Sequence record: DRR723986_5222
Reading direction: 5' to 3' (one strand)
DNA length: 42,089 nucleotides
Part shown: piece after piece, positions 26,637 through 35,545 of the stretch
Layout: every line of letters starts with the position of its first letter
How positions within the stretch are numbered: the stretch's first letter is position 1
Translations under genes and position numbers: made by a program
Notes under the pieces: model-generated
What the model was told of the DNA's origin: nothing
Database searches by the model: none
What the model saw: only the letters and a program-made list of their open reading frames with translations

Positions 26637-27445
26637 GCGGTTCTCCTTTGGGTCAGGGGGCGAGACAGCCAACCTTGCAATATAGCTGTCACTTCGTCGG
26701 GCGCGGTCAAGTTCACCATGTGGCGGTGACCTGTGATCACCTTGGCCGCACCGTTTTGGGCAGCTGCCGCCATGGCCTGGGACATCTCAGGTGTCGAATT
26801 CGGGTCACCATCGCCTGTCAGGGCTAGCATCGGGCACGTCACCCTTCCCCAAGCATCCGCATAGGTGCTATCGCCCCGCGCAAAGGCCCCGTAAGCGGTT
26901 GCATAGCCGCCCATGTCCACGGCGCTGAGCCATCCGGCAACCTGATCGCGGGCGAGCTGATCCTGCGCGCTGTCGCCAAACCAGCGAGTCAGCGGGGTTT
27001 CCAGATCAACCTTGCCCTGTTTAATTTCGGCGGCGCGCGCCTCGACCGCTGCACGTGCGGCGGTGTTGCGGCGATAGACGCCGTTCACGACGGCAACCCG
27101 CGTGACCATGTTCGGATGTTCAGCGGCATAGCCCCCGGCGATCAACGCCCCCATGGAATGCCCTGCCAAATTGACAGGTCCAAGATCCAGCGCCGTCACC
27201 ACCGCGTGCAACCAAGCGACAAAATCTGGCAACTCGGCCGTGGCGGGCAACGGATCGCTGCCCCCATGTCCCGGCATATCCACCGCAATCACGCGGTGGG
27301 TGGCCGACAGCGCGTCGACCTGTGGGCCCCAGGCCGCCGACATCATGCCAACCCCATGGATCAACAGAACCGGCGCGCCGGTGCCTGTGTCGCGATACGC
27401 GACCTGGCCGTATGGCTCAGACAGCTGCAGGGTTGTCGAGGTCAT
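26633..27445 (-). CDS. tgnD: Alpha/beta hydrolase, TgnD-like
   Basis: HGVG oxyanion motif, nucleophile elbow GHSMG, and C-terminal GDGD and GHRHM. Start set at ATG 27445. Confidence 0.75.
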   Translation of the reverse strand: MTSTTLQLSEPYGQVAYRDTGTGAPVLLIHGVGMMSAAWGPQVDALSATHRVIAVDMPGHGGSDPLPATAELPDFVAWLHAVVTALDLGPVNLAGHSMGALIAGGYAAEHPNMVTRVAVVNGVYRRNTAARAAVEARAAEIKQGKVDLETPLTRWFGDSAQDQLARDQVAGWLSAVDMGGYATAYGAFARGDSTYADAWGRVTCPMLALTGDGDPNSTPEMSQAMAAAAQNGAAKVITGHRHMVNLTAPDEVTAILQGWLSRPLTQRRTA

Positions 27446-28019
27446 GGCCCAGATCCTTGAGGTCCTGATAGCGGTCACCGATACGGTGATGCGGACGGCC
27501 CCCGATCGAGGCTCCAAGTGCGATCACCAATTCATCGGGCCCCGGCGCATCTGCAACCGAAGTCTGGATGGTCAGGTAATGCGAACGCTTGCCGCCATCG
27601 TTTTTGTCCATCAGCGGAATGTAGAGCGGCGCGTTGGCCGGGCCGCGAGTGTTGCAGAACGACAGGTAGCTTTTGGCTCCAACAGCTTCGCGGAAATGAT
27701 TGCCGAACCGCAGGGTGTGGATCAGCCCCGAGGCATGTTCGACCTCACCGTTCACGCCAACGATTGCAGATTTGCCGTAGCCTTCGACCTTGTCGCCGCC
27801 ACCAGCGGCATCCAGCACCATATTGGTCAGCAGCTCGCCCAGACCGGGGGCGCAGTCCAGAATGCCGGGTTTCAGATCCTCGACAAAGCCCTGCCCTGCC
27901 CATGGGTTTTTGATCACGGCAATGGCAGCGATCATTCTTAGCGGCGTTTCAGCGACCTTGCCACCTTCGATCAGGGTGTCTTCGATGAAGAGCTGCGTTT
28001 TGCGGATTTCTGCGGGCAT
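27417..28019 (-). CDS. Amino acid synthesis family protein (DUF1185), TgnF-like
   Basis: Motifs IAVIKNPWAG, EGYGKSAIVGVNGEVEH, RSHY and DAPGPDE. Start set at ATG 28019. Confidence 0.8.
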   Translation of the reverse strand: MPAEIRKTQLFIEDTLIEGGKVAETPLRMIAAIAVIKNPWAGQGFVEDLKPGILDCAPGLGELLTNMVLDAAGGGDKVEGYGKSAIVGVNGEVEHASGLIHTLRFGNHFREAVGAKSYLSFCNTRGPANAPLYIPLMDKNDGGKRSHYLTIQTSVADAPGPDELVIALGASIGGRPHHRIGDRYQDLKDLGHDLDNPAAV

Positions 28020-28060
28020 GAGAGGAGCACCTGATTCACTGTGTTTCAAACTGACAAACA

Positions 28061-28074
28061 TATGGTATACCATA
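28061..28074. promoter_or_regulatory. GntR/FadR-type operator
   Basis: Perfect 14-bp palindrome TATGGTATACCATA in the divergent region between the tgn-like operon and the GntR gene. The TGGTATACCA core fits FadR-subfamily operators. Confidence 0.7.
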
Positions 28075-28130
28075 ATCCCGTTAGTCAAGAATTTCTTGTC
28101 TCTCTGTTGGCGGGCTGTTAAATTGCGCTC

Positions 28131-28820
28131 ATGACCCAATCCGACCTTTCCCATCTAAAAATCGAACAACCCCCTGCTACGCTTCGCGAAATTGTGCAGG
28201 ACAAAATGCGTGCGGCGATCATTGATGGGCATTTCAAACCCGGACAACGATTGGTTGAACGCCCGTTGTGCGACCAACTTGGGGTCAGTCGCACCGTCAT
28301 TCGCGAAACCATCCGATACTTAGAAGCTGAAGGTTTAGTGGAGATTCTGCCCAATCGCGGCCCCATCGTGGCCCGGATGGATTGGGATGACGCGCGCCAG
28401 ATATACGACATTCGCCGTATGTTAGAGACCGCAGCGGCAGTCGCCTGTGCCCAAACCGTGACAGCGGATTTGACCCGCGACTTGCAAGCCGCGCTCGCCA
28501 CGCTGGAACAAGAATTTGACCAGACCACACCCGGCGCGCTGTTTCAGGCGTCATCCGGGTTTTATCGGGTCATCTTTCTGGGTGCTGGCCATTCGGTGGC
28601 TTGGGAAATCGTTCAACGGCTAAACGGGCGCATCAGCAGGTTGCGGATCATGACCCTGTCGGCAACCCAGCGCGCGCGCCCTGGGCTGGAGCACATGCGC
28701 GCCATTAGTGATGCCATTATCGCTGGCAACCCTGAAGCCGCGCGCGCAGCAGTCGCCGCCCATTTGGACGACGCCGCTACCGTTGCACAGCGCCTACTGT
28801 CGTTGGAACCATCTGAATAG
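28131..28820 (+). CDS. GntR (FadR/FCD) family transcriptional regulator
   Basis: wHTH motif FKPGQRLVERPLCDQLGVSRTVIRE..L..EGLV and FCD motif EHMRAISDAI...AVAAHL. Confidence 0.92.
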   Translation: MTQSDLSHLKIEQPPATLREIVQDKMRAAIIDGHFKPGQRLVERPLCDQLGVSRTVIRETIRYLEAEGLVEILPNRGPIVARMDWDDARQIYDIRRMLETAAAVACAQTVTADLTRDLQAALATLEQEFDQTTPGALFQASSGFYRVIFLGAGHSVAWEIVQRLNGRISRLRIMTLSATQRARPGLEHMRAISDAIIAGNPEAARAAVAAHLDDAATVAQRLLSLEPSE

Positions 28821-28842
28821 TCCTACATTCCAGAATACATAT

Positions 28843-28856
28843 TTGATTTGGCGCAA
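28843..28856 (+). promoter_or_regulatory. FNR/NnrR(Dnr)-type binding box upstream of nnrS
   Basis: TTGAT-TTGG-CGCAA combines an FNR half-site with an NnrR-like half-site and ends 57 bp upstream of the nnrS start. Confidence 0.65.
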
Positions 28857-28913
28857 CGCGCGCCGCTTCTCTTTGCGCTAGGCCCGGGCAAAATCTGACA
28901 AAGAGAGCCGGCC

Positions 28914-30065
28914 ATGACCTCCCCTCGTTCCGTTCCGTTCTTTGAATTGGGGTTTCGACCCTTCTTTCTGGGCGCTGCTGTTTTTGCGCCGCTCGCCATC
29001 GCCCTTTGGATCCTGTCGCTGCGCATAGATCTGGATTTGGCGTTTAGGTATGACGCTCAAAGCTGGCACGTCCACGAAATGCTGTTTGGCTATGGTTCAG
29101 CGGTTCTGACTGGCTTTTTGCTGACGGCAGTCCCTAACTGGACCAACCGTCCTCCGCTGAGCGGATGGGCCTTGATTGTCTTGTTTGCCGTCTGGATCTT
29201 GGGTCGCGTGGCGATGATCACGCCCCTGCCCCCTTTGGTTGCGATTGTGTGCGAAGGTTTGTTTTTACCGATGGTTTTGGGTGTCATGGCCCGCGAAGTC
29301 ATCGCAGGACGCAATTGGCGCAATATGGCTGTTCTTATTCCTGTCTCTTTGTTCACCATAGCCAACATCGGGTTTCATGTCGAAACCCTGACCGAAGGGT
29401 ACGCCGCAACGACCATCCGTCTTGGGTTTGCTGCGCTCATCTTTCTACTGATGCTGATCGGCGGGCGCATCACCCCTGCGTTTACCCGCAACTGGATGAT
29501 TCAAAAAGGTGTTGAGCCGAAGCCCCCGATGATGAACCGGTTTGATGGTGTCTGTCTGGTGTCAGGGCTGATCTCATTGCTTGCCTGGGTGTTCCTACCA
29601 GAATGGGCCGGCACCGGCGTGGTGTTGTTGCTGAGCGCCACGCTGCACGTGATGCGCCTTGCCCGGTGGGGCGGATGGCGGACCCGCGTGAACCCCATCT
29701 TGTTCGCGCTGCATATTTATTACGCCATGATCCCCGTCGGTTTGGCGGCTGTTGCGCTGGGTGTGTTTGATCCAGCTTATGCCACCGCTGGGCTGCATGT
29801 CATCGGCATTGGGGCGATTGGCGGTATGACTTTGGCCGTCATGATGCGCGCCAGCATGGGTCACACCGGGCGTCCGCTGGTTTCGGATCGCTGGCTCACG
29901 CTGGCCTTGGTCTGCATCATCGCAGCGGTCCTAACCCGGTTTCTCTGGGCCTCGTTTCCCGACATCGATTGGATGCTGGATCTTGCCGCGCTATTTTGGA
30001 TCGCGGCCTTTGGGCTGTTCATCATCCGGATTGGCCCATGGATGTTTACGCCCCGCCTAAGCTGA
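28914..30065 (+). CDS. nnrS: NnrS family haem-copper membrane protein
   Basis: Motifs GFRPFFL, WHVHEMLFGY, GFLLTAVPNWT, IGGRITPAFTRNW and RASMGHTGR. Confidence 0.93.
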   Translation: MTSPRSVPFFELGFRPFFLGAAVFAPLAIALWILSLRIDLDLAFRYDAQSWHVHEMLFGYGSAVLTGFLLTAVPNWTNRPPLSGWALIVLFAVWILGRVAMITPLPPLVAIVCEGLFLPMVLGVMAREVIAGRNWRNMAVLIPVSLFTIANIGFHVETLTEGYAATTIRLGFAALIFLLMLIGGRITPAFTRNWMIQKGVEPKPPMMNRFDGVCLVSGLISLLAWVFLPEWAGTGVVLLLSATLHVMRLARWGGWRTRVNPILFALHIYYAMIPVGLAAVALGVFDPAYATAGLHVIGIGAIGGMTLAVMMRASMGHTGRPLVSDRWLTLALVCIIAAVLTRFLWASFPDIDWMLDLAALFWIAAFGLFIIRIGPWMFTPRLS

Positions 30066-30097
30066 CAGGCGAAGCCATCGCGAAACCAGCAATGACG

Positions 30098-30112
30098 GTT
30101 TCGCGACGAAAC
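30098..30112. repeat. parS-like palindrome 1, at the 3' end of parB
   Basis: GTTTCG-CGA-CGAAAC. Confidence 0.7.
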
Positions 30113-31179
30113 TACCCCAGCTCACGCGCCAGAATATCCATCAGGCGCTGCGCCTCGGCCACGCCCAGATCGCGACCCGCGACCCGGAACCGGACACCGT
30201 CTGGCGACACTTCGGCGTCGAGTTTGCCGCCGCTCGCCAACGTGCGCGCCGACAGCCGGGTGATTTGTTGCGGCCGCCCTCCCCGGGATTTGTCTTTGGG
30301 ACCAACCGGGGTTCCGGCGAAGGCGGCATCCAGCACCTTCCATTCGGCTTTGGCATCGGAGGCATCCGACCCATCCAGCGCATCGCGCAATCGAGATTGC
30401 GCCCCGTCCCGCAATGCAGCGGCAAGTTGCAACCCCGCCTTCTCTGACAGTGACACAGGGAACCGCAACAGATCCCCCAACGCCTCATGCACCGTTGCGA
30501 AACTACGCACTTTGGATCGTTTGGCTTTGGACGCCGCTGCGAACAACACATCCACTGCCGCCTCGACCGAGGGAAACACCCCCTGCCCAGCTGCCAGAAC
30601 CGCGATCCGCCCGCGTTCATAATGGCTCAGGTTAGAGCGCATTTCGTTTTCTTCGACCATCGAGACATAGGCCGTGGCCCCTGCCCCTGCATCACGAACA
30701 AAAGCCGGAATATCTGCAAACATTGGGTCGGTGATCGCCAACTGTCGAAAGGCCATCAACCGCCGATATCCGGAAATCAATCCAAACCCTTCGGGTGTTG
30801 GCGTTACCTCGATCGGGGTGCGCAATCCATTTGCCCGAAGCGAGATTATCAGCTCTTGCATCGCTTCTTCGTCTTCGGTCATCCGGTCGCGGCGAATGAA
30901 ATCCGCCTCGATCTGATCCAAAGGAATGCGTTGCGCCACAAGACCAGCCGCAGTCGCATCACGCCACCGCCCGGCATCGCCTTGGTCCTGTGCCAGGGCA
31001 ACACGATCGGTTACCGCTGCCATCCCAGACAGGCGCGCGGCTTCGGCCGCGACCTGCGCAATCGGTGGAGTCGCAGATGTGTTTTCAAAGGGGCTGAGGC
31101 TGGGTTTCGTGGCGAAACCCGCCTCGAGCTGTTCCAGTTCCGCCGCATCAGGCGCGCTTAGACGTCTGCGTTTAGCCAT
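30112..31179 (-). CDS. parB: ParB family plasmid partitioning protein
   Basis: Motifs GLRTPIEV, LISGYRRL and MVEENEMRSNLSHYERG. ATG 31179 overlaps the parA stop and follows GGAG. Confidence 0.9.
   Translation of the reverse strand: MAKRRRLSAPDAAELEQLEAGFATKPSLSPFENTSATPPIAQVAAEAARLSGMAAVTDRVALAQDQGDAGRWRDATAAGLVAQRIPLDQIEADFIRRDRMTEDEEAMQELIISLRANGLRTPIEVTPTPEGFGLISGYRRLMAFRQLAITDPMFADIPAFVRDAGAGATAYVSMVEENEMRSNLSHYERGRIAVLAAGQGVFPSVEAAVDVLFAAASKAKRSKVRSFATVHEALGDLLRFPVSLSEKAGLQLAAALRDGAQSRLRDALDGSDASDAKAEWKVLDAAFAGTPVGPKDKSRGGRPQQITRLSARTLASGGKLDAEVSPDGVRFRVAGRDLGVAEAQRLMDILARELG
31102..31120. repeat. parS-like palindrome 2, inside the 5' end of parB
   Basis: GGGTTTCG-TGG-CGAAACCC with 8-bp perfect arms. 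Confidence 0.65.
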
Positions 31180-32557
31180 TCTCTGCTCCTCCCATGTTTG
31201 CATCGCGCCACCAGCAGCCAATCAGCAGCTGTTTAAATTCCGCATATGTCCGGTCAAAGGTTTCGCGCCCACGCACATAAGTGTCGCGGTTGAATTCACG
31301 ATAATCCGCTTCGTAAATCCCGTTGACCTGTTCGCCTGCCTGTCCAACCAAGGCGGTGTAATCCTGACGGTAGGCATTCATAAAATCACCAAAGTAGGCT
31401 TGGATCACATTGGCCATGTCGGTCTGCTGGCTGGCGTCAAAGCGGGTGATGATTGCGCGCACCACATCCCATTCGAATTTGATCTCTGGTAGACCTGCGG
31501 CGCGTTGGGCGGCATTTTCGCCGTCTTCGATGCTGGCAAATGTGGTGTAGAGCATGTCGAAAAATCGCCCCGTCGAGTCAAACTCGAGGAACGAGGCACC
31601 AAGGGGTACCAACAGAATGTCGGCTGCCGCAAGCGCGTTGATGGTCAGATAGCCGAGGGCAGGGGGCGTATCCAGAAAGACGATATCGTATTCATCCAAG
31701 ATGCCTTCGCCTTCGAGAAAATTGGTTAAGCCATCCCAAAGCGGCCAAGATCGCAGGCCCATGCGCCAGACCGGAATTTGGAATTCCGCCCAATACAAAT
31801 TCAGCTGCGCGCCAATCAGATCAATGTTTGGCCAGTGGGTTTTCTGGATGACATCCTGCGGTGTGACTTTCAACGCCTCTTGCAGGGTTTCGTCCAACCC
31901 AATTTCCGATTCACCCGCCGCGACGCGCACGGTGTTTTCCTGCATCACCGCCTTTGCGTAATCTTTGGCAATCAGGGGAAAGACTGTCTGCCATTCATCC
32001 GCAACCTTGCCGCCAAGGATTGAGGTCATTGATCCCTGGGAGTCCAGGTCAATTACCAGAACCTTGTAACCGTCCAAGGCCGCAGACATGGCCAGATGGG
32101 CAGCGGTGCTGGTTTTCCCGACGCCGCCTTTGAAGTTTGCGACCGATACCACCTTGGCGGGTTGTCCTTCGGGACGGTAGGGCAAGTATTCTTTGGTGCT
32201 GATCCCCTCGCTGGCGAAATGCTGGCGCAGGGTCAGGACTTCTTCCAATGTGAACCATTTCGATCCGCCTTCCCCTTCGCCCTCGGGGAGGTCAGGGTTT
32301 GCCTTGAGAACCCGGCGCAGATGGGCGGGTGCAACGGGGATCAGGTATTTGGTGATTTCCCAGATTGAAAACTTACGTAAGCGTTTTTCGCCATCCGGGG
32401 CGTATCCTCGGCGGGCTAGATCTTCGCGGCCTTTGCCACAAAATGCAGCCGCTTTCGCGAATCGGGTGGTGCCGATAGGGTCGGGAAGACGCCTGGCTGC
32501 GGCCTCGGGGTCAAGGTTTAAATAGGGTGGCAGAGGAGGTGGGGGTGTTTTGCTCAC
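31172..32557 (-). CDS. parA: ParA family partitioning ATPase with N-terminal extension
   Basis: Deviant Walker A NFKGGVGKTS, plus IDLDSQGS and LDTPPALG. GTG start at 32557, downstream of GAGG. Confidence 0.92.
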   Translation of the reverse strand: MSKTPPPPLPPYLNLDPEAAARRLPDPIGTTRFAKAAAFCGKGREDLARRGYAPDGEKRLRKFSIWEITKYLIPVAPAHLRRVLKANPDLPEGEGEGGSKWFTLEEVLTLRQHFASEGISTKEYLPYRPEGQPAKVVSVANFKGGVGKTSTAAHLAMSAALDGYKVLVIDLDSQGSMTSILGGKVADEWQTVFPLIAKDYAKAVMQENTVRVAAGESEIGLDETLQEALKVTPQDVIQKTHWPNIDLIGAQLNLYWAEFQIPVWRMGLRSWPLWDGLTNFLEGEGILDEYDIVFLDTPPALGYLTINALAAADILLVPLGASFLEFDSTGRFFDMLYTTFASIEDGENAAQRAAGLPEIKFEWDVVRAIITRFDASQQTDMANVIQAYFGDFMNAYRQDYTALVGQAGEQVNGIYEADYREFNRDTYVRGRETFDRTYAEFKQLLIGCWWRDANMGGAENG

Positions 32558-32673
32558 TGTCGGTGCCTCAGTAAATGTTCGCCTTTTTGGCGTATATATC
32601 CGAGAATAGCGAACATAGAAAAATGGTGCCAGCAATTCATACGAAATATGGTGATATTGCAGAACTCCGTGGC

Positions 32674-32690
32674 GGTTTCGCGACGAAACC
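32674..32690. repeat. parS-like palindrome 3, in the parA-rep intergenic region
   Basis: GGTTTCG-CGA-CGAAACC. Confidence 0.7.
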
Positions 32691-33134
32691 TTAGAACTAA
32701 TAAAGGAAAAAGCAGCAACAAAGAGTTTATTTAGTTTAGGATGTTTAGAATCTTTAACCACAGAAAATATATTAATTATAATGTGTTAGCTAAGTTTGGG
32801 GACCCATCATCAGGTTAAAGGGAACCCATTTGCAGGGTTAAAGGTACCTGATTACGGGATCATAGGTACCTGGATACAGGAAGAAGGGTCCCAATTCACG
32901 GGAGAGTTTGGAGCGCCTTGAATCAGCCAAATATGGTCGATTTTTTGCTCGTTTTCGCGCTGTTGAGGGCCGAATTGCGCTTGCGCCGAGTCTTATCAAC
33001 AGGTAGGCATGGCGATCTTGCTGTTAAGGTACCTGAATACGGGACGTCTCTATGATGCAGTAAGGAACCTGAAAAGCCGTTGTGCATGGGTACCTTTCGT
33101 GGCATACCTATGGAAAACGAGCAGGCCCTTTTTC
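32691..33134. other. Putative replication origin (oriV) of a plasmid/chromid
   Basis: AT-rich tract at 32691-32795, DnaA-box-like TTAACCACA (32754-32762) and TTATCAACA (32993-33001), and an iteron array. Lies between divergent parA and rep. Confidence 0.75.
32798..32907 (+). repeat. Five degenerate iteron-like repeats with a 22-bp period
   Basis: Units start at 32798, 32820, 32842, 32864 and 32886: GGGGACCC-atcat-CAGG, GGGAACCC-atttg-CAGG, AGGTACCT-gatta-CGGG, AGGTACCT-ggata-CAGG, GGGTCCCA-attca-CGGG. A sixth copy lies at 33027-33043. Confidence 0.75.
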
Positions 33135-34403
33135 ATGTCCGATACGCAAATAGATATGGACCACCTCAGCGGTGCTTTGCGGCGCGAGACGGTGAAAAAG
33201 AACGTCGCTGCGATCCACATAAGCGGCAAGCTTACATTGCTGCAGCGCAAGTTATCCAACGTCTTGTTGCTCAATGCCTATGACGCGCTGACGTCGGCCC
33301 AAACCCACACCATTGATGCCCGAACATTGGCGATGATGGTGGGATATAACTCTAACGATTTTGATACCCTACGGGCCAGTTTACGGGCCTTGGCTGAAAC
33401 CGTAGCGGAATGGGATATGCTGGATGACAAGGGCCGCCAAGAATGGGGCGTGTCGTCGTTGCTGTCCTTTGCCAAGCTGACGAATGGGGTTTGTGAATAT
33501 GCCTATTCCCCGGCCTTGGCGCAAAAATTGCATGACCCGAAAATCTATGCGCTGATCAATGTGCATATTCAGCGCAACTTTAGCTCGGGACATGGGCTGG
33601 CGTTGTATGAGAACTGTTATCGGTTTGTTCGGACTGGATCGACGGGGTGGTGGACGCTGGAAACCTTTCGCAAGCTGATGGGCGTGGATGGATCGAGTTA
33701 TTACGAAAGCTTCAAACATCTGAACGCCAAGATCATCAAAACCGCTGTGGCCGAGGTGAACAAAAGCGCCGACATCGTGATTGAGCCTGAATTCCGGAAA
33801 AAGGGGCGTTCGGTGACGGACATTCGGTTCCTTATCCGTGAGAACCCCCAGATGGCTATGTTCCAGATCGATGACAGCGACGGTGTTCGAAATCTTGGCG
33901 TGTACCGGGCGTTACGGGCGCAGGGCGTGTCGGACCGGTTGGCGCGTCAGTGGATCGCGGAACACGGCGAGGCCTATGTGCAGCAAAAGCTGGACTATAT
34001 GAAAGGGCAGGGAGATGTGAAATCGACCGTTGGATATTTGTCTGCTGCCCTGCGCGATGATTATTCCGCGACAACGGCGCCAGAACCCGACCTGGCCCCC
34101 CCCACTACCGAGGCCATTGCAGCCGCCGCCGCACGCGCTGCTGAAAGGGCCGCCGAAGATCAGGCTTACGAGGTGCGCGCCACGGAACGCGCCGCCCGAG
34201 CGGCCAAATTTGCCATCGTCGAAGAGTTGGTTTCGCGGCGAAACCCGACCCAACGCGATGCAGATAAGCAGTTGTTCATGGCCAGTCTGAGGGACGACCT
34301 AGAGCGCGAAAGCTTTGCCGCGCATGGGTGGCGGTCGGGACTAAATGCTGCGGCCATTTTTGAGTTCTGGGCCGATTTGGAGCCGGGCGCCTTTACAGAG
34401 TAA
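33135..34403 (+). CDS. Plasmid replication initiator protein (Rep_3/RepB-type)
   Basis: VKKNVAAIHISGKLTLLQRKL..., ALYENCYRF, FRKLMGV..YYESFKHLNAKIIK..V.EVN and KKGRSVTDIRF follow the winged-helix initiator pattern. Divergent from parAB. Start set at ATG 33135. Confidence 0.85.
   Translation: MSDTQIDMDHLSGALRRETVKKNVAAIHISGKLTLLQRKLSNVLLLNAYDALTSAQTHTIDARTLAMMVGYNSNDFDTLRASLRALAETVAEWDMLDDKGRQEWGVSSLLSFAKLTNGVCEYAYSPALAQKLHDPKIYALINVHIQRNFSSGHGLALYENCYRFVRTGSTGWWTLETFRKLMGVDGSSYYESFKHLNAKIIKTAVAEVNKSADIVIEPEFRKKGRSVTDIRFLIRENPQMAMFQIDDSDGVRNLGVYRALRAQGVSDRLARQWIAEHGEAYVQQKLDYMKGQGDVKSTVGYLSAALRDDYSATTAPEPDLAPPTTEAIAAAAARAAERAAEDQAYEVRATERAARAAKFAIVEELVSRRNPTQRDADKQLFMASLRDDLERESFAAHGWRSGLNAAAIFEFWADLEPGAFTE
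34229..34245. repeat. parS-like palindrome 4, inside the 3' part of rep
   Basis: GGTTTCG-CGG-CGAAACC. Confidence 0.65.
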
Positions 34404-35430
34404 CCGAAGGGGCCGGCCCCGTTGTGGCGCGTGTCAGAACCTTAAGCTCACACCGATGGCGGACCAGTGCCGGCTCATCTTCGGAAATAGCAGCGCAGAT
34501 TTCTTCGCCAGCCAACCGCCCGATGCTTTGGGCGGGAATACGAATGGTTGTCAGGGCGGGTTCCATTTCAGCCGATCCTTTGAAGTCCCCGATCCCGATG
34601 ACGGATAGATGATCGGGAATGCGCAATCCAAGGGTATGGGCGGCATAGATCACCCCCTGTGCGATCACATCATTCCCACAGAGCAGCGCCTGCGGGCGTT
34701 GCTCGAGTGACAATAGATCTGTGGCGGCCTGCTTGGCTTGTTGCAGGTTATAGGGGGCTTCGACCTGCCATCCGTCGGGCACAGTGATGCCTGCCTGTTC
34801 GAGTTCATTCATAGCCCCGTCACGACGGTCGCGCGCGCGGTCATTGCCTGCAACGCTGGGAAACATCGTGCCAATCTGGCGATGCCCTAGCTCGATCAAG
34901 TGGTCTGCCGCAAGCCGCCCGGCCTCGGCGTTTTCAGCCCCAACACAAGATATTTCGGACCCTTCGGTAAAGTTCCAGATGGCGATGCAGGGTACACCCT
35001 GTTGCTTGAGCAGTTGAAAGGTCTCTTCGGAATGTTCCAGCCCGATCAGGGCGACACCATCGACCCGGTGTTCCAGCAGCTTGCGTAGCACGTCGTATTC
35101 TTTGGTCAGGTCGTATCCGTGCGAGGCAAGCAGAGTGGTAAAGCCTTCGGCCTCGATCGCGGTTGAGAAGGCCTGAACCACCTCTGCAAAGATGGCGTGA
35201 TCGATGGTGGGCACGATCAATCCGATGGTGGCGGAGCGTTTTCCATGCATCGCTTGGGCCGCGCGATTGCGGATATATCCCAGCTTTCTGACGGCTCTAT
35301 CCACCTTGCGGCGGGTGGTTGGATTCACCAAATCAGGGTGGTTGAAGCAGCGCGATACAGTAGATGCAGATACATTTGCAGCCAGTGCAACGGCAACAAT
35401 ATCAGATCTAGATCTTTGTTTTTTAGCCAT
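34393..35430 (-). CDS. LacI family transcriptional regulator (probable regulator of the sulfoacetate cluster)
   Basis: HTH motif DIVAVALAANVSASTVSR, plus LGYIRNRAAQ, LGHRQIG, IPDHLSVIG and PALTTIR. Confidence 0.92.
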   Translation of the reverse strand: MAKKQRSRSDIVAVALAANVSASTVSRCFNHPDLVNPTTRRKVDRAVRKLGYIRNRAAQAMHGKRSATIGLIVPTIDHAIFAEVVQAFSTAIEAEGFTTLLASHGYDLTKEYDVLRKLLEHRVDGVALIGLEHSEETFQLLKQQGVPCIAIWNFTEGSEISCVGAENAEAGRLAADHLIELGHRQIGTMFPSVAGNDRARDRRDGAMNELEQAGITVPDGWQVEAPYNLQQAKQAATDLLSLEQRPQALLCGNDVIAQGVIYAAHTLGLRIPDHLSVIGIGDFKGSAEMEPALTTIRIPAQSIGRLAGEEICAAISEDEPALVRHRCELKVLTRATTGPAPSVTL

Positions 35431-35455
35431 AAATCACCTCTCCTCAGGTTATTTT

Positions 35456-35483
35456 ATGAAAACATTTGCAATACTATTTTCAT
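35456..35483. promoter_or_regulatory. Candidate LacI-type operator region
   Basis: TGAAAACATTTGCA (35457-35470) resembles TGNAANCGNTTNCA and lies within the inverted repeat ATGAAAA...TTTTCAT in the divergent promoter region. Confidence 0.45.
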
Positions 35484-35545
35484 GGCCTACGCTCAATTGT
35501 CAACAAAGCTGAGAAAGCACAAGACTTGGGTTGGGAGGCCCCAGA

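Noticed and set aside
32798-32907. Regularly spaced repeats as a mini-CRISPR array
   Set aside because: The 22-bp period is too short for a repeat plus spacer, no cas genes are present, and the position between parA and rep fits iterons.
32558-33134. Long N-terminal extensions of ParA (to 32761) and Rep (from 33009) in the ORF track
   Set aside because: They run through the AT-rich origin, parS and iteron DNA. ParA has an RBS-supported GTG at 32557, and Rep-like sequence begins only after ATG 33135.
30112-34403. repABC-type or DnaA-like replicon
   Set aside because: rep is divergent from parAB rather than co-oriented as in repABC. The protein shows Rep_3-type features, and I recognised no RepC or DnaA-like motifs.
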